Positions 51,341-64,000 of a stretch of DNA of 64,000 nt are shown piece after piece (the first letter of the stretch is position 1; each line of letters begins with the position of its first letter). Position numbers and translations under genes: made by a program. Location of the stretch: NCBI GenBank assembly GCA_964016885.1, contig OZ024747.1, positions 80,414,001-80,478,000 on the forward strand, given 5' to 3'. Origin of the DNA: Eledone cirrhosa (Eukaryota). Under the pieces are notes generated by a model. It did not search any database and had not been told where the DNA came from. It saw only the letters and a list, made by a program, of their open reading frames with translations.

Positions 51341-51669
51341 TATAAATAAATATATATATATATATATACATATATATAAATAAATATATATATATATATA
51401 GAATAGAATGAAACGAAATTTCATTTCTCACTCTTAGTACAGCAGTTACTTAAATATAAGTATGCATGTATGTATACGTACATACATATATGTATACAGA
51501 CGTACAGTAGTATATATATACATACATGCACACATACATATATGCACGTATCGGTTTACCGAACATTTATTATAATGCTCGGTTTGTTTGTAAACAAACA
51601 AACAGCCCGAATTACGCCGTACAGTGTTTAGGCAACCACGTCACCTTTTTGTTCAACACTGACACAGGA

Positions 51670-51712
51670 ACGATGTACTAGTTTCAAGCTTATTAGCTAT
51701 CGTCGGCATCGT
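51670..51712 (-). ncRNA. Hammerhead twin with U4C
   Basis: ACGAUG-CCGACGA-UAGCUAAUAAGCUU-GAAAC-UA-GUA/CAUCGU. Confidence 0.7.
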
Positions 51713-52098
51713 ATACCTTCCTGCCAGATGGTTGAACGTCTGAAAGTATATAATTTCCTTATGCATATTAACGGCTGAGCAGCCTAATTTGCATATTGAG
51801 TGAGTTTAGTCGGCCGGGCGCACCGAAAACGATAAATGGAATAGAATTAAACGAAATTTCATTTTTCACTCTTAGTACGGCAGTTACTTAAATGTAAGTA
51901 TGCATGTATGTATACTTACATACATATATGTATACAGCCGTACAGTAGTATGTATATATATACATACATGCACACATATATATATGCACGAATGCTTACA
52001 TTTAAGTAACTCCCGTACTGAGAGTGAGAAATGAAATTTCGTTTCATTCTATTCCATTTATTGTTTTCGGTGCGCCCGGCCGACTAAACTCACTCGAT

Positions 52099-52106
52099 AT
52101 GCAAAT
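52099..52106 (+). promoter_or_regulatory. Octamer motif ATGCAAAT upstream of the hammerhead
   Basis: Exact octamer, retained in the inverted copy (atttgcat near 51787). Confidence 0.3.
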
Positions 52107-52180
52107 TAGGCTGCTCAGCCGTTAATATGCATAAGGAAAGTATATACTTTCAAACGTTTAACCATCTGGCAGGAAAGTAT

Positions 52181-52223
52181 ACGATGCTGACGATAGCTAA
52201 TAAGCTTGAAACTAGTACATCGT
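52181..52223 (+). ncRNA. Minimal type I hammerhead ribozyme, intact core
   Basis: ACGAUG-CUGACGA-U-AGCU-AAUA-AGCU-U-GAAAC-UA-GUA/CAUCGU: 6-bp stem I, palindromic ACUAGU stem III, predicted cleavage after 52217. Confidence 0.85.
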
Positions 52224-52436
52224 TCCTGTGTCAGTGTTGAACAAAAAGGTGACGTGGTTGCCTAAACACTGCACGGAGTAATTCGGACTGTTTGTTTGTT
52301 TACAAACAAACCGAGCATTATAATAAATGTTCGGTAAACCTATACGTGCATATACATATGTGTGCATGTATGTATATATATACATACTACTGTACGTCTG
52401 TATACATATATCTATATACGTATACATACATGCATA

Positions 52437-52481
<45 letters not shown>

Positions 52482-52483
52482 TT

Positions 52484-52951
52484 CAGAATAATCAAAACTA
52501 TGTTCAAAACATTTTATTGCTGACAATCGTTTCTACCAAACTTTCGTTTGGAATCATCTGAGCACTAGCAAAGTTTAGACATATAATTAACTTCCTATCC
52601 GGCAGAACAATCATATAGATACATAGATATTAGTGTTGTCATCAACAGTTTCATATTTTCAGAGTGCAGATGTTGAGGTCAGTGTAAGTGGATGTGACAA
52701 AGATTACAAAATAATAGTATCATAATTAAAGAGGCATTACGGCAAAAAGTTGCTCGGAAAATGAGGACATTAGGAGTACATATGCTGATGACAACATTAA
52801 TATCTATGCTATGTACCTCTATGATTGTTATGTCAGATAGGAAGTTAATTATATGCCTAAACTTTGCTAGTGCTCCGATGATTCCAAACGAAAGTTTGGA
52901 AGAAACGTTTATCAGCAATAAAATGTTTTGAACATAGTTTTGATTATTCTG
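52484..52951. mobile_element. Fold-back element (about 165-bp arms) with a divergent hammerhead pair
   Basis: Arms 52484-52647 and 52783-52951; minus HHR 52518-52564 UGCU-CAGAUGA-UUCCAAAC-GAAA-GUUUGGUA-GAAAC-GAUU-GUC/AGCA; plus HHR 52871-52917 with CCGAUGA. Confidence 0.8.
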
Positions 52952-53089
52952 TAATTCGTATTCCTGCTCTGTAAAACATCTGATGTATTTACATTGAGCT
53001 ATTTTTCTTACTGGTAATAAGGTAGTAATGAATTACTGACCTTTCCTGTTTATAATTATATATAGTATATATATAAGTATAAATAATAT

Positions 53090-53120
<31 letters not shown>

Positions 53121-53273
53121 CGAGAGAGAGTAGAGCTCGACGCCTGAGCTTACACCGTTTTAAGTGTTCTTATATATATATATGTATATATGTAAGTCCT
53201 ATATATATATATACGTAAATACGCACACATATATTCATATATTTACATATATCTATATATACATATGCATATG

Positions 53274-53393
<120 letters not shown>

Positions 53394-54865
53394 GGAATAC
53401 TGTTGGCTTCTTGCTAAAATACTTTCTATACCTTTCATTTATCTGTTAGAACACGAAAAGTGTGAAACAACAGAATGTTCACTTTTCGTGTTCTAACATA
53501 TATGCCTAGCTTCTCTAAAAATTTTTCGGGGATAGCCGTGGTGGTGGTGATCGTATGTCATTAGATAATTTTCAACCAATCAGAGTACCTCTCTCTATAT
53601 CTCTTCCACTGTTACTTACGCCTGTTTCTCTCTATCTGTTCCGTCTCTATTTATATCTCTTACTCTTTCGCTTTGCACTCCTCCCCTTCAATACCATCTC
53701 TCCCCCTCTCTATATATTTGTTACTCTATCGCTGCACGCTCCTCTCCTTCAATATATCAATTACACACGCTTTACACTCCTTTATCCCCAGCGCCCCTAT
53801 ATATACACCCCCCTCTCCCGCATCTATATTTTAATGTACCGTTGCACCGTGAATATATGTGTCTATATATATATATATACATATATATTGTATATACACA
53901 TTCATGTATGTGTATACACATTCATGTATGTGTATACACACTCATGTATGTATATACACTGGTTTTATGTGTGTATTGTAAATTTGTACTGTTAAAACAC
54001 GAAACTAACATTCGATTGACACTTTGATTACCTGTACAGGCAATAGTTATTAGAATGCTGTTGAAGTGTGTATATATTTTTGGGGGACATCCTGTATATA
54101 CACACATTATATATAATACAATAAACAGATAAATACACACATATATATATGAGCTTATTTAATTATAAATATTGTGAATTTTTAACTCAGTTCAATTATA
54201 TATATAAATAGCTTCTACAGGACTAGAACTGTTTCATTCGAAAGAAATCATCATAATATTGAGAGGGGGGACTAGATAAAATATTTCAAATCAAATGTGT
54301 ATAAGTTATAAGTTAAAATGTATAAATAGAGACGATAGTGGAGGTATATCTGTTTAGTGGAACAGTAGACGATAGAATTAAATACAGACGAGAATCTCCC
54401 TTTAATGAAACAGCAGACGATAGAATTAAGGCAATTTAAATTTTAAGCATTTGCATTTTTGCCTTTCATCGTTACGGGGTCGATAAAATAAAGTACCAGT
54501 AATACACTGTCACTAGACGACTTTCAAATTGAATTGTTGGTTCCATTTCTTTAGTATTTTCAATTGTAGTTATCTACTTAAAAAGCGTTACACGGTTAGA
54601 GACATAATTCGTAAGTTATATCTTCCCTATTAAACCATTGCATTATTTCGCCTACAATAGAACAAAAATGAAATGTTCTTTAAAGAAACAGGAATATAAC
54701 TTTATAAAAAAAAAAGTTGCATCCGCTTCTTTTATCATTGATAATTTTTTCGTTTTAATATTAATTGTTTTTTGTAGTTGTTTATATTAAAAATCTTACT
54801 GTAATATTTACTTAAACGAAGGCAGACATCTAAACTTATAGATTAATCTTGAGCGAAGGACTAGA

Positions 54866-54954
<89 letters not shown>

Positions 54955-55449
54955 GAAGAATGATAACATTTTAAGCAAAGAGTTTAATTAGGTAATGACT
55001 TACAAATTTGTTTCAGTATATAGACAAAGCCTGAAGCGCTAATTATAATAATTAGTTAATATACAAAATATATTAATATTATATTAAATATATACTGAAA
55101 CCAATCAGTTTAGCAGAAAGTTTCCAGACAAGAAACACGCATATTTTGCTATCCTCAAACACGTTTACACATGGCATGAAATATAACTAATCCGAGATGG
55201 CTAGGTTTCATCTTCTAACTGGATATACGAAATCCATTATGTCTTGACAACAACATGAGGTAACATTATGTTATTCACAGACACACTTTGTACACTGTTC
55301 CATATCAGAATGTATTTCCTTCGTCACATTCACAAACAGTATTGAAAATATGTTCTTCGGCAAATAAAAATGTTTTGTTCATAATATTTCAACTAGCGAT
55401 TGCTCTACTCCACGCACGACCACCATAAATTAATGACCAGCTCAACACA

Positions 55450-55622
55450 AGTATTGGTAGAGCGTCAGACACCATGCTTTGCAGTATTGTTATGGTCCTT
55501 TGCATTCTAAGTTCAAATCCTGCCGAGGTTAACTTCGACTTTCATACTTACTAATTCGATAAAATAAAGTACCAGTAATGGACTGCCGTAATGGATTTGT
55601 GCCGAAAAATAGAAACACTATT
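55450..55622 (+). mobile_element. SINE family A, diverged short variant
   Basis: gttcaaatcc B box, gataaaataaagtaccag, tail. Confidence 0.75.
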
Positions 55623-56173
55623 AATGTGCAATAAGAGCAAAATATAACGACATTGCTCAATTATTTTATCTAATGTTGTAATAACACAAGGAAATGTTGT
55701 TTGTGTATTTTTTTTTATATTTGCTCATAGGCTTTTACAATTTCGCTCAGCCAACAACTATTAAAAAGTGAGTTGCTTAAGATAACAATTTAATCACAAA
55801 TTGTTGCTATCTTTTAATACACTCCAACAAGTCATCAAATTATGTACAATAAAAACAAATCTTATTAATTTGCTCAGGGAATATAAAGAAAATGTATATA
55901 CACTGATAATTGCAATTGTATGTAAATATTTTGTTTTTGTATTGTATATTTTATGTTTTCTATTATGTATAATATATTGATTTAATATTGATTGTTTTTT
56001 GTAGTTGTTTATATTAAAAGTCTGAAAATATTTTTATACATCTTACACTAATATTTATAAGATAATTTATAATAACAATTACATAATCTAATTACATTAC
56101 AACGATAATTTATTATTAATATATATCCTGTTTAACTAGAGTTATTACAAGCGTTGCCTTAAAAAAATATTAA

Positions 56174-57130
56174 ACTAGACATGAAAAATGCGCAAGCTCA
56201 AAAGTGCCACAGAATGTTATAATAAACCTTCAAAAGTGTGGGACTAGAGTTGTTGCTAAAAAATATTGTAATCATTATATATCGTACATTCTGTGGCATC
56301 CTTTATAAAAATAGCTTAAACCAACGAAGCCTTTATTTTTACGCTATTTCACTTAGTTAATTCTTAGAGTGTAACATATAAAAATAAATACATCTATGTT
56401 TAATGTAATAACAGCTATAAATAATTACGTAATATTATTATCATATACTCATAGTAACAAAATAATTGTGTTGAAACTTAATATGATGCTTATATGAACG
56501 ATCAAATCTATAATGATAATTTCTTAAATATACTAATAGTAAACTAATTTAGTTATCTATTGTTACATTTTCATAGAACTATAATATTAACAATCGTATT
56601 GCATTATCAAATTTTTATCACTACAAACTTTCATATTGGAATTACCTTAAGCCACTTATTATTACTTCGCTTTCGTACTTTTACAGCTGTAGATATTGCG
56701 CTGTATCTTATATCTAATATCAATATCTCGTGGTAATTTGCATGAAGTGTAAAATAGGTTTATTAATAACTTTAATATGAAATGTATTATACAGGGCTGC
56801 GGAGTCGGCCAAAAATTGACTGGCTCCAACTCAGGATCCGATACTCCATTATTTCCTAAATTTCAGCTCCGCAGCTCTGTTATTATATTAATTAATTTAT
56901 TTTATAGTTGTAAATCATATTTTTATATGTTACACTCTAAGAATTAACTAAGTGAAATAGCGTAAAAATAAAGGCTTCGTTGGTTTAAGCTATTTTTATA
57001 AAGGATGCCACAGAATGTACGATATATAATGATTACAATATTTTTTAGCAACAACTCTAGTCCCACACTTTTGAAGGTTTATTATAACATTCTGTGGCAC
57101 TTTTGAGCTTGCGCATTTTTCATGTCTAGT
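56174..57130. repeat. Perfect 213-bp inverted repeat with 531-bp spacer and CTAGT-terminated ends
   Basis: 56174-56386 equals the reverse complement of 56918-57130; no mismatch found by eye. Confidence 0.95.
56792..56879. mobile_element. 88-bp hAT-like MITE
   Basis: TIR CAGGGCTGCGGAG / CTCCGCAGCTCTG; 8-bp TSD gtattata / ttattata. Confidence 0.72.
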
Positions 57131-57149
57131 ATATATATATATATATATA

Positions 57150-57979
57150 TATAAATGAGACGTATAGAGATTGTTTTAGCAAGAAGCTAACGGCATTCTA
57201 TAACATATATGCGACTATAACGTCAAGATGGGAAAAGTAGTTAACGAAAGATTTAGGAAAAATAACTCAAACTCATCTCAAAAAGAGAATCAGGATACAA
57301 ATTCATCCACAGAATTTAGTAAAATCCATGGAAAAATCAATAGACCTTTAACTCATGATAAAACAAAGTTTGAAACACTTATCCTTCAATTTGGAATAAC
57401 ATCAAATGCTCTGTATAGTCTTAAAAGACTATTTCATGAAAACTTTCAGTGGAGATGGTCACGGTTGGATATCATTCATCAGCAGAGCTCAACAGAAAAC
57501 CAGGACTCTCACAGTAATATAGTCCGAAAAAGGGAATTCTAAAACTCGCTAGTTCGCCTTCATGTGTATTTATGAAAAAGCACATGAGGAAAAAACGGGG
57601 CTAGTGGCGTCAGGATGGAAGTGAATATTTATTTACAAGAAATAGCAGTCAAATACATTCTGAAAAAAAAACTCTACAAGGAGTTCAGCAAAATAGCAAT
57701 AATTATCACAGTTTTTATGAAAAAAACCGGGATTAGTCACAGATAGTTTAAGCACTCTAGGAAAAGAATCCGAGTATAAATATAAATGAGACGTATAGAG
57801 ATTGTTTTAGCAAGAAGCTAACGACATTCTATAACATATATGCGACTATAACGTCAAGATGGGAAAAGTAGTTAACGAAAGATTTAGGAAAAATAACTCA
57901 AACTCATCTCAAAAAGAGAATCAGGATACAAATTCATCCACAGAATTTAGTAAAATCCATGGAAAAATCAATAGACCTT
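57150..57979 (-). mobile_element. Retrozyme-like element: 631-bp period, about 200-bp terminal direct repeats, internal hammerhead
   Basis: 57150-57348 repeated at 57781-57979; (TA)n on both sides; HHR at 57408-57488. Confidence 0.78.
57408..57488 (-). ncRNA. Type I hammerhead ribozyme with full stem III, intact core
   Basis: GCUCUG-CUGAUGA-AUGA-(32 nt)-UCAU-GAAA-UAGUC-UUUUAA-GACUA-UA/CAGAGC. Confidence 0.8.
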
Positions 57980-57999
57980 ATATATATATATATATATAC

Positions 58000-58115
58000 A
58001 CTTGTATGACATATATTGATGCTCTAAGGACAGACACTGGTCTCTGGGAGGCGCAGGACATGGCAGCAGTGATGAAGGGCAGAGACCGCTGGAGAGAACT
58101 CGGTAATTTTACCCG

Positions 58116-58118
<3 letters not shown>
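58000..58118 (+). mobile_element. 3'-terminal fragment of an RTE-group LINE inside (TA)n
   Basis: TYIDALRTDTGLWEAQDMAAVMKGRDRWRE matches the TYIDxLxxDTG..AMxDRxxWR C-terminus. Confidence 0.65.
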
Positions 58119-58171
<53 letters not shown>

Positions 58172-58939
58172 GTACGTTTTTGCATGTGACAATAACAAAG
58201 AAAAAATTCCTAGAAAATATAGAAATAGTACACATCAAATCTCTAGAGCAGTTTATGAAAGAATCACTAATCTCGTAGATCACTCATTACTAACCAGAAC
58301 TAAGTACATACACACATACTGCAGGACAACTGCGTATCTTCATTTTCAAATACTCACATAGTGTGATAAGACCGCATTACTGAAAAGTTAGATTAACAAT
58401 ACAATTAGACATATGTATTACATCAAAAGATATTTTTAGCTGATCTACAGGACGTAATTTCAACAGACAAAACAATGCATTTACTATAATTGAATTATGT
58501 ATCGCCCCATAGGCATGAATGTATTAATCCAGTAAATTGAAAAGAAACGACTCGAAAACTTTTGAAATATAGTTTACAGAACAAAGATACTCATTCTTTT
58601 AGGAACTATGAGTATTATGAAAACGGAAATGATTTACAATATATGTTGCACCTTATTAGACCACCCTTCAGTACTCAAATGTGCAGAAAATATTACTTCT
58701 GGCTATCTCTCTCATCATTAGGAAAAATTCTAATTTGAGAAAATATATATAATATAAAATGATTGACATATAATTACATAGCTATAGATTTTCTGGGCGG
58801 TAGCCAATACTTCAAGTTAAGTTTAACTTTCAGGTAGAGAATCTGTTTTTTATAATGAACAAAATGAAAGAGATGACGATGACAAGAAACTCGTCGATGA
58901 CGATAACAACGAAGAAATTTATTATTATTATTATGATGG

Positions 58940-59262
58940 TGTCGATAAGATAAAAGTACCAGTAATACACTGGGATAATTGCTGGCCTTGTGCCAAGAGT
59001 AGAAACAATTATTATTATTATTATTGCGGTGGATTGGCAAGGGCGGTGGATTGGCAGTATCGGTAGAGTGTCGGACACCATGCTTTGCAGCATAGAGTTA
59101 CGGCCCTCGATGGTCTAAGTTCAAATCCCGTCGAGGTTAACTTTGCCTTTCATCCTTACGGGGTCGATAAAATAAAGTACCAGTAATGTACCGGGGTCGA
59201 TTTAATCGACTCTCCCACCACCAAATTACTGACCATGTGCCTATACTAGAAATCCTTATTAT
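58940..59262 (+). mobile_element. SINE family A tail fragment followed by a full-length long variant with a duplicated head
   Basis: Full copy 59041-59262; gcggtggattggca doubled at 59026 and 59043. Confidence 0.88.
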
Positions 59263-59421
59263 GATTTGAAACTTCCTTTGAATTTTGCTTCTTTCTCAAA
59301 TCATGCTGTGTGTCATGTTGACACGTGAGACGAACTTTACTAATACACATATTTTATAATAAAATGACATACAACTGATGCCACAAGGGCATAAATAACA
59401 GTAAATGTCTTTGCAAGTTTT

Positions 59422-59746
59422 TTAAATTGATAATGCTCTTCTCAGGACATGGACAGTGTCAGTAAATACTATTTTCTCTAACTCTTGCAGAGATGGCTTT
59501 CCTGATATCAAGTCCAAATATTTTTCAGTTCCATTTTTTTATCATACTAAGTGCGCCGACTACCATTGGTATTGTACAGGCTTTAAGATGCTATATTTTC
59601 TCAATTTCAATTGATAGATCTTTATACATACTGAGCTTTCTGAACACTTTCGAGGAGATGTTTTGATCTAATGGAATTCACATGACAATTAAGAAACATT
59701 GTTTTTTTCTTTGTGGTCCTTTACAATTATATCAGGTCTGTTGGCC
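59422..59746 (-). mobile_element. 3' end of an R4/Dong-like non-LTR element (restriction-like endonuclease domain), pseudogenised
   Basis: Minus strand ANRPDIIVKDHKEK..CFLI..IPLDQNISSK..KLSMYKDLSIEIEK..IPMVVGAL..VHVLRRALSI*. Confidence 0.8.
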
Positions 59747-60814
59747 TAGAAGATGATACTAAAACGAGGCCGACTGTCTAGCAGTTTAGATGATTCAAGA
59801 CCCCATCTTGGGAAGATAAAAGGATTCTCTAATAAGCATATTGATCCAATCGGGCTAAATTATCGCCTGGAAAGAAATAGAAAACCGTTTGAATTAGAAG
59901 CTTTTGGACATTGCTCCTTCCATCAACTTTATTAACACAAACGCAACTTCTGTAAAGATTTACTCAAGAACGTGAGAAATGTTGTAATTTGCATATCTTC
60001 AATTAATACATCATATGCTGAAATTTAATAAAGAAATGATATGCAACATGTTTTTATCAGAGAATATATAAAAGGCTATCCCAAAGATATGAGCAAATAT
60101 TAAATGATTTTGAATTTTAAAAATGTTCAACAAAAAATTCATAAAGCATGTACCAATCTTTAATCTGTAACTTCCTGTTCGTCTCATCTAATCTCTCTTT
60201 GTATATTATTGCTTCATGCATAGATTTATTGAATTTTATGGACGCTGGTGTCTAAATTGATGATATGTATCTTTCAACATCATGCCTTGGCCTTGAATCT
60301 GTTTAATACGATTAAACAGAGTAAAAAGATATTAATAAAAGAAGTGAAAAACAAATCAAGAAGGCATTCATTTAATGGAAAACGCTGACGTTATTAATTA
60401 AATGTGCGAATTAAATCATTGCTTAGAGTGAGTGAAATGTGGATTGTGATTACAACATTGCCACCATGTAACATGTGAGTATATAGGAGAGCAAGTAAAG
60501 AAACGGGTATTAATATGTGTACATCATAATCATTATGATGATCATCAGGATCGTGGACAGGTTCAGGGTGATCCTGATCCTGATCCTGATCCTGTTTATG
60601 GAGACGAATGAAACAAGCAGTTTGGTTGGAATATTACGTTACATGTAAGTGTGGATCCGTAATTTTTAATGGAGTTATATGGGCGCAGTCTTTGAAGAAT
60701 TTATACCTAGCGAAGGCCATCCCCTCTTCAAGTCTGAACTCAGCCGATTTCTCCCAGAGTGGTAAGAGAGAGAGCGAAAGAGAAGAAGTGAGAAAGAGTC
60801 ATAGGAAAGGAATC

Positions 60815-60965
60815 CCCCAGTATAGGACTGGTGCATTTTATTATCGACCTCAAAATGATGAAATCAAAGATGCTTTCGACGGGATTTGACCTCTGTGCAG
60901 AAAGCCAGAACAAATACCACAAAACATTCTATCCAATGTTCTAAAGACTCTGCCAATTCGCCGCC
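60815..60965 (-). mobile_element. SINE family A, diverged
   Basis: ctgccaattcgccgcc head complement and ttatcgacc domain. Confidence 0.65.
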
Positions 60966-61702
60966 TGATACGGTTCATATACCGAACAATATTCGAAGAT
61001 GACACTGTCCGGCATTGTATTTTTAATGAATTAATTTAAATTCTGGGGTTTCCTTCCCATCCACCTTTTGGTGAAAATTATTCATTAATATAACCATATT
61101 TTTTCTCATGACAAATCGTGTGATTTTAATTAATTAAACTTTCTTCGCTAATGTCAGTATTTTAACACCGACGTTACAGGAATATCGACAATACTTTGAT
61201 TGTATATTACGGATGATTGCTCAACTAACTACGTTACATAATCCCCACTGGTGATTCGTTAGAAGCCTAAAATAGTTGAGAATTTTGTTATTCTTGAAAT
61301 GAAATCCTAGACTTTCCAGTCATTGGCTCGGTGGGAGATATATCTACGTATTTTGTCATAGATTGGAAGAATGCAGATGAGAAAGTCGAAAAGATACAAT
61401 TTAATCAACAGAGATGTAATAAACTCATAGCCTGTCATTTGTACTAAGTTATGTTGATATCTGTTAGTCTCGCGAGGCCATAGGTCTGCACCTGGAAAGT
61501 TTTGCTTCAGTTTTAAATCAAAGTCTGGTAGCTGTCGAGACGGACACGAGAGTAACAATACCATCCACAGTGATTACATTTGAAAGAACCATCTGCCCGG
61601 GATGACATCGTGTTCGTTCGTTTGTTGCTGAGGCTGCCTTTCTTCAGCAGCAAGCGTCAGATATGTCTGTGACGAGAATAATTTACTATGATATTATTGT
61701 GT

Positions 61703-61810
61703 GAAGGCGTGTGGTCGAGTGGTTAGAGAATTGTATTCGCAATCGTGAAGTTATGAACCGGGAGATGCGTTATGTCCTTGAGCAAGACACTTTATTTCAC
61801 TTTGCTCCTT
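61703..61810 (+). mobile_element. SINE family B, partial
   Basis: gaaggcgtgtggtcgagtggttagag...tccttgagcaagacactttatttcac. Confidence 0.7.
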
Positions 61811-62304
61811 CTACCTCGAGTTGCGACCGATAGATAGTATTAGTAATTGGAAAGACCAACGGAAACATTGTTTCCTTGGTCCGATTTGACGAAAGTCGAT
61901 CGACTATATATATATTATTCTGTTCATTATTCACTTACGACTAACGGTGTAAGACGTGGTAACACTCTAAATTAGAGTTTGTTTATTTAATCTCTAGTGC
62001 TAAATTCACTTATACAGATCGGTTTAAATTCGAGAGAGATGAATGCTATCAAAGTGTCTTAAGGTTTTTTTAATGTTACGCCGTAACACAAATAGTCAAA
62101 GTCGATATTCTTAATTCTGTCTTTACTCCACACAAAATTCCGTACCTCGATCCTCTGGGTTTAAATCCCCAAAGAGCCCACTTCATCTTTTATTTCAGCA
62201 GAATCAATAAAATCAATACCAATAATGTACCGTGAGCGTTCAATCAATATATATCCGCGTCATTGGAAAATTGATTTTCTGCCTGGTCAAACGAATCCCC
62301 CCCC

Positions 62305-62401
<97 letters not shown>

Positions 62402-62836
62402 ACACACACACACACTCACACAGATACACACACATACACACACACACAGAGTGTAATTAAAAATAAGTAATCGTGATGTATTGCTAAATTTTCCTTGAAT
62501 AGCAACCAAAAATTTCAGCCATATATATTGTACTGTATGAAAGAGAAATTGTATTATATACATATGCACACGCTTGTCTTACGTTTAAACCTTAAACACT
62601 TTAACTATTTCTGAAGATATTCGTTCCTCTATACAATGTCTAGTTCTGTACGTCGCCCATATTGCATTAATTCTATTGTGTTATATGGGACATCACAGTA
62701 AATAATTATTTTATAAAATTCGAGTAGCAATTGCATCGCACGCTGGATTTTATGGTGCAGTAAATACAATAAAGTTGTCCCCATATATTGCCTACTTCTT
62801 ATTGTTTCTATTAACCTTTTTTGTTATGTTGTAGAC

Positions 62837-63152
62837 CAGGGGCGTACAACAGGCGGCCCGCGGGCCACAATCCGACCCGCCAGACGAGTCAGAGTGGCCC
62901 GTGATGACAGTTTTTAATTTTGACCTTGTAGGCTTATTTAGAATTATTTTTCGTAACCGTAATACAATTTCTGTTAGTTGATCTATACTAAGGGGCTTCA
63001 CTGATAGGGTTATATGTGTTATAATTTCTCAGTGCCATGTCATGGAAAGATGTGGTGAATCTTTGGAATAGTGCTTAATAGATATTAATGGCTCTAATAG
63101 TTGTTCCAATGTTCAAAAGTGGCCCGCCAATGGAATATGTTGCACACCCCTG
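62837..63152. mobile_element. hAT (Charlie-like) MITE
   Basis: TIR CAGGGGCGTACAAC / GTTGCACACCCCTG, subterminal ggcccg motifs, 8-bp TSD ttgtagac / gtgtagac. Confidence 0.85.
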
Positions 63153-64000
63153 GTGTAGACGTTAGTATTCAAGTTGTTTCATTTTGCTATGTCCGTTTGT
63201 ATTATTTTTCATTTTGGTGTTACTGAAAGTAGTCGTATAATACTTATTTTTGTTTATTTTGTCTGTTCTGGATCTTAGCATGTGTTTTTGGCTTTCAATG
63301 TCAGTTAGATTCTTGATTCTTCCAGGCTACAAATGTGCAAACATTGAATAATGATAGAGGTAATCAGAACCAGACACTCACTCCACGTCAGTTATGATAT
63401 TCTCTAGCTGGTTCCGTGTGAATTTGCTTCACCATTTTCCATTCCAAACAAGGCATTCTTGAAATGCCCCCTTAACAACTATTTCATAGAGCATTAGGAT
63501 ATATAGATTGTTTTCAGGCAAACATGAATTATTCAGCATGTGATCGCCTTATACGAAAACGAATTAAGTTTCCTCATTCTTCTTAGGAAGAAAATGAGAC
63601 TGCAATATTATTTTCTAAGTGTTAATATTTGATTAATATCTTAGAAACTAAGAAAAATTCTGTTTCAATAATATGAAGAAACCGTTCAATCACCTTCTCT
63701 TTTATATTATTGGTACTTGGTACATCCAGTTTGACATATCATTACCCATAGTAGCCATTATATCATATATTTTTATATAGAATGTCTTAAAGTGTTATAT
63801 ATTATGAAGATCTTCAGCATGACGCATCTGAGAATGAAAAATAAATTGCAACACTTCAAAAATATTGGCGGCGGTATTAACATTGGGGATTTTTGTTGTA
63901 GTAATACTCGCAGTATGATGTTACTAGTAATTATAGTGTCTCTACTGTTGATTGTAGTGTATTTATGCAGTTGCTTGTGTTCGCTGTGAAGTTGGTGAGG

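Larger units (their letters stand above)
51401..52440. mobile_element. Retrozyme-like element: 1.35 tandem copies of a 438-bp monomer (minus) plus one inverted, permuted monomer (plus)
   Basis: Direct repeat at 51401 and 51839; 51995-52440 is the reverse complement of the monomer; HHR in each orientation; (TA)n on both flanks. Confidence 0.82.

Noticed and set aside
57228-57542. 104-aa ORF MGKVVNERF..., repeated at 57859
   Set aside because: No recognisable domain; lies antisense to the hammerhead within a non-coding repeat.
60608-61680. Possible host exons (ORFs at 60608 and 61307)
   Set aside because: No recognisable protein similarity or convincing splice-site pair.

Overview
AT-rich, microsatellite-saturated non-genic animal DNA. 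The SINE families and repeat landscape look like an octopod cephalopod, which is inference from remembered repeat consensus and not a database hit. No host protein-coding exon could be supported, and nearly all ORFs in the track are microsatellite read-throughs. Recognisable content: a decayed Tx1/L1-clade LINE (1-4320) whose RT catalytic core is deleted; about 25 tRNA-derived SINE copies from three families; a non-autonomous Helitron; two hAT-type MITEs; and RTE, R4/Dong-like and Tc1-like fragments. The most notable signal is at least eight sequence-distinct short non-coding elements lodged in or beside (TA)n tracts, each carrying a type I hammerhead-ribozyme (HHR) fold. They occur as partial tandem or circularly permuted monomers of about 440-630 bp and as divergent fold-back pairs, the architecture expected of Penelope-mobilised retrozyme-like elements. 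Several carry a compensatory U3:A8 core or a U10.1-U11.1 mismatch. All folds were derived by eye, and self-cleavage is untested.
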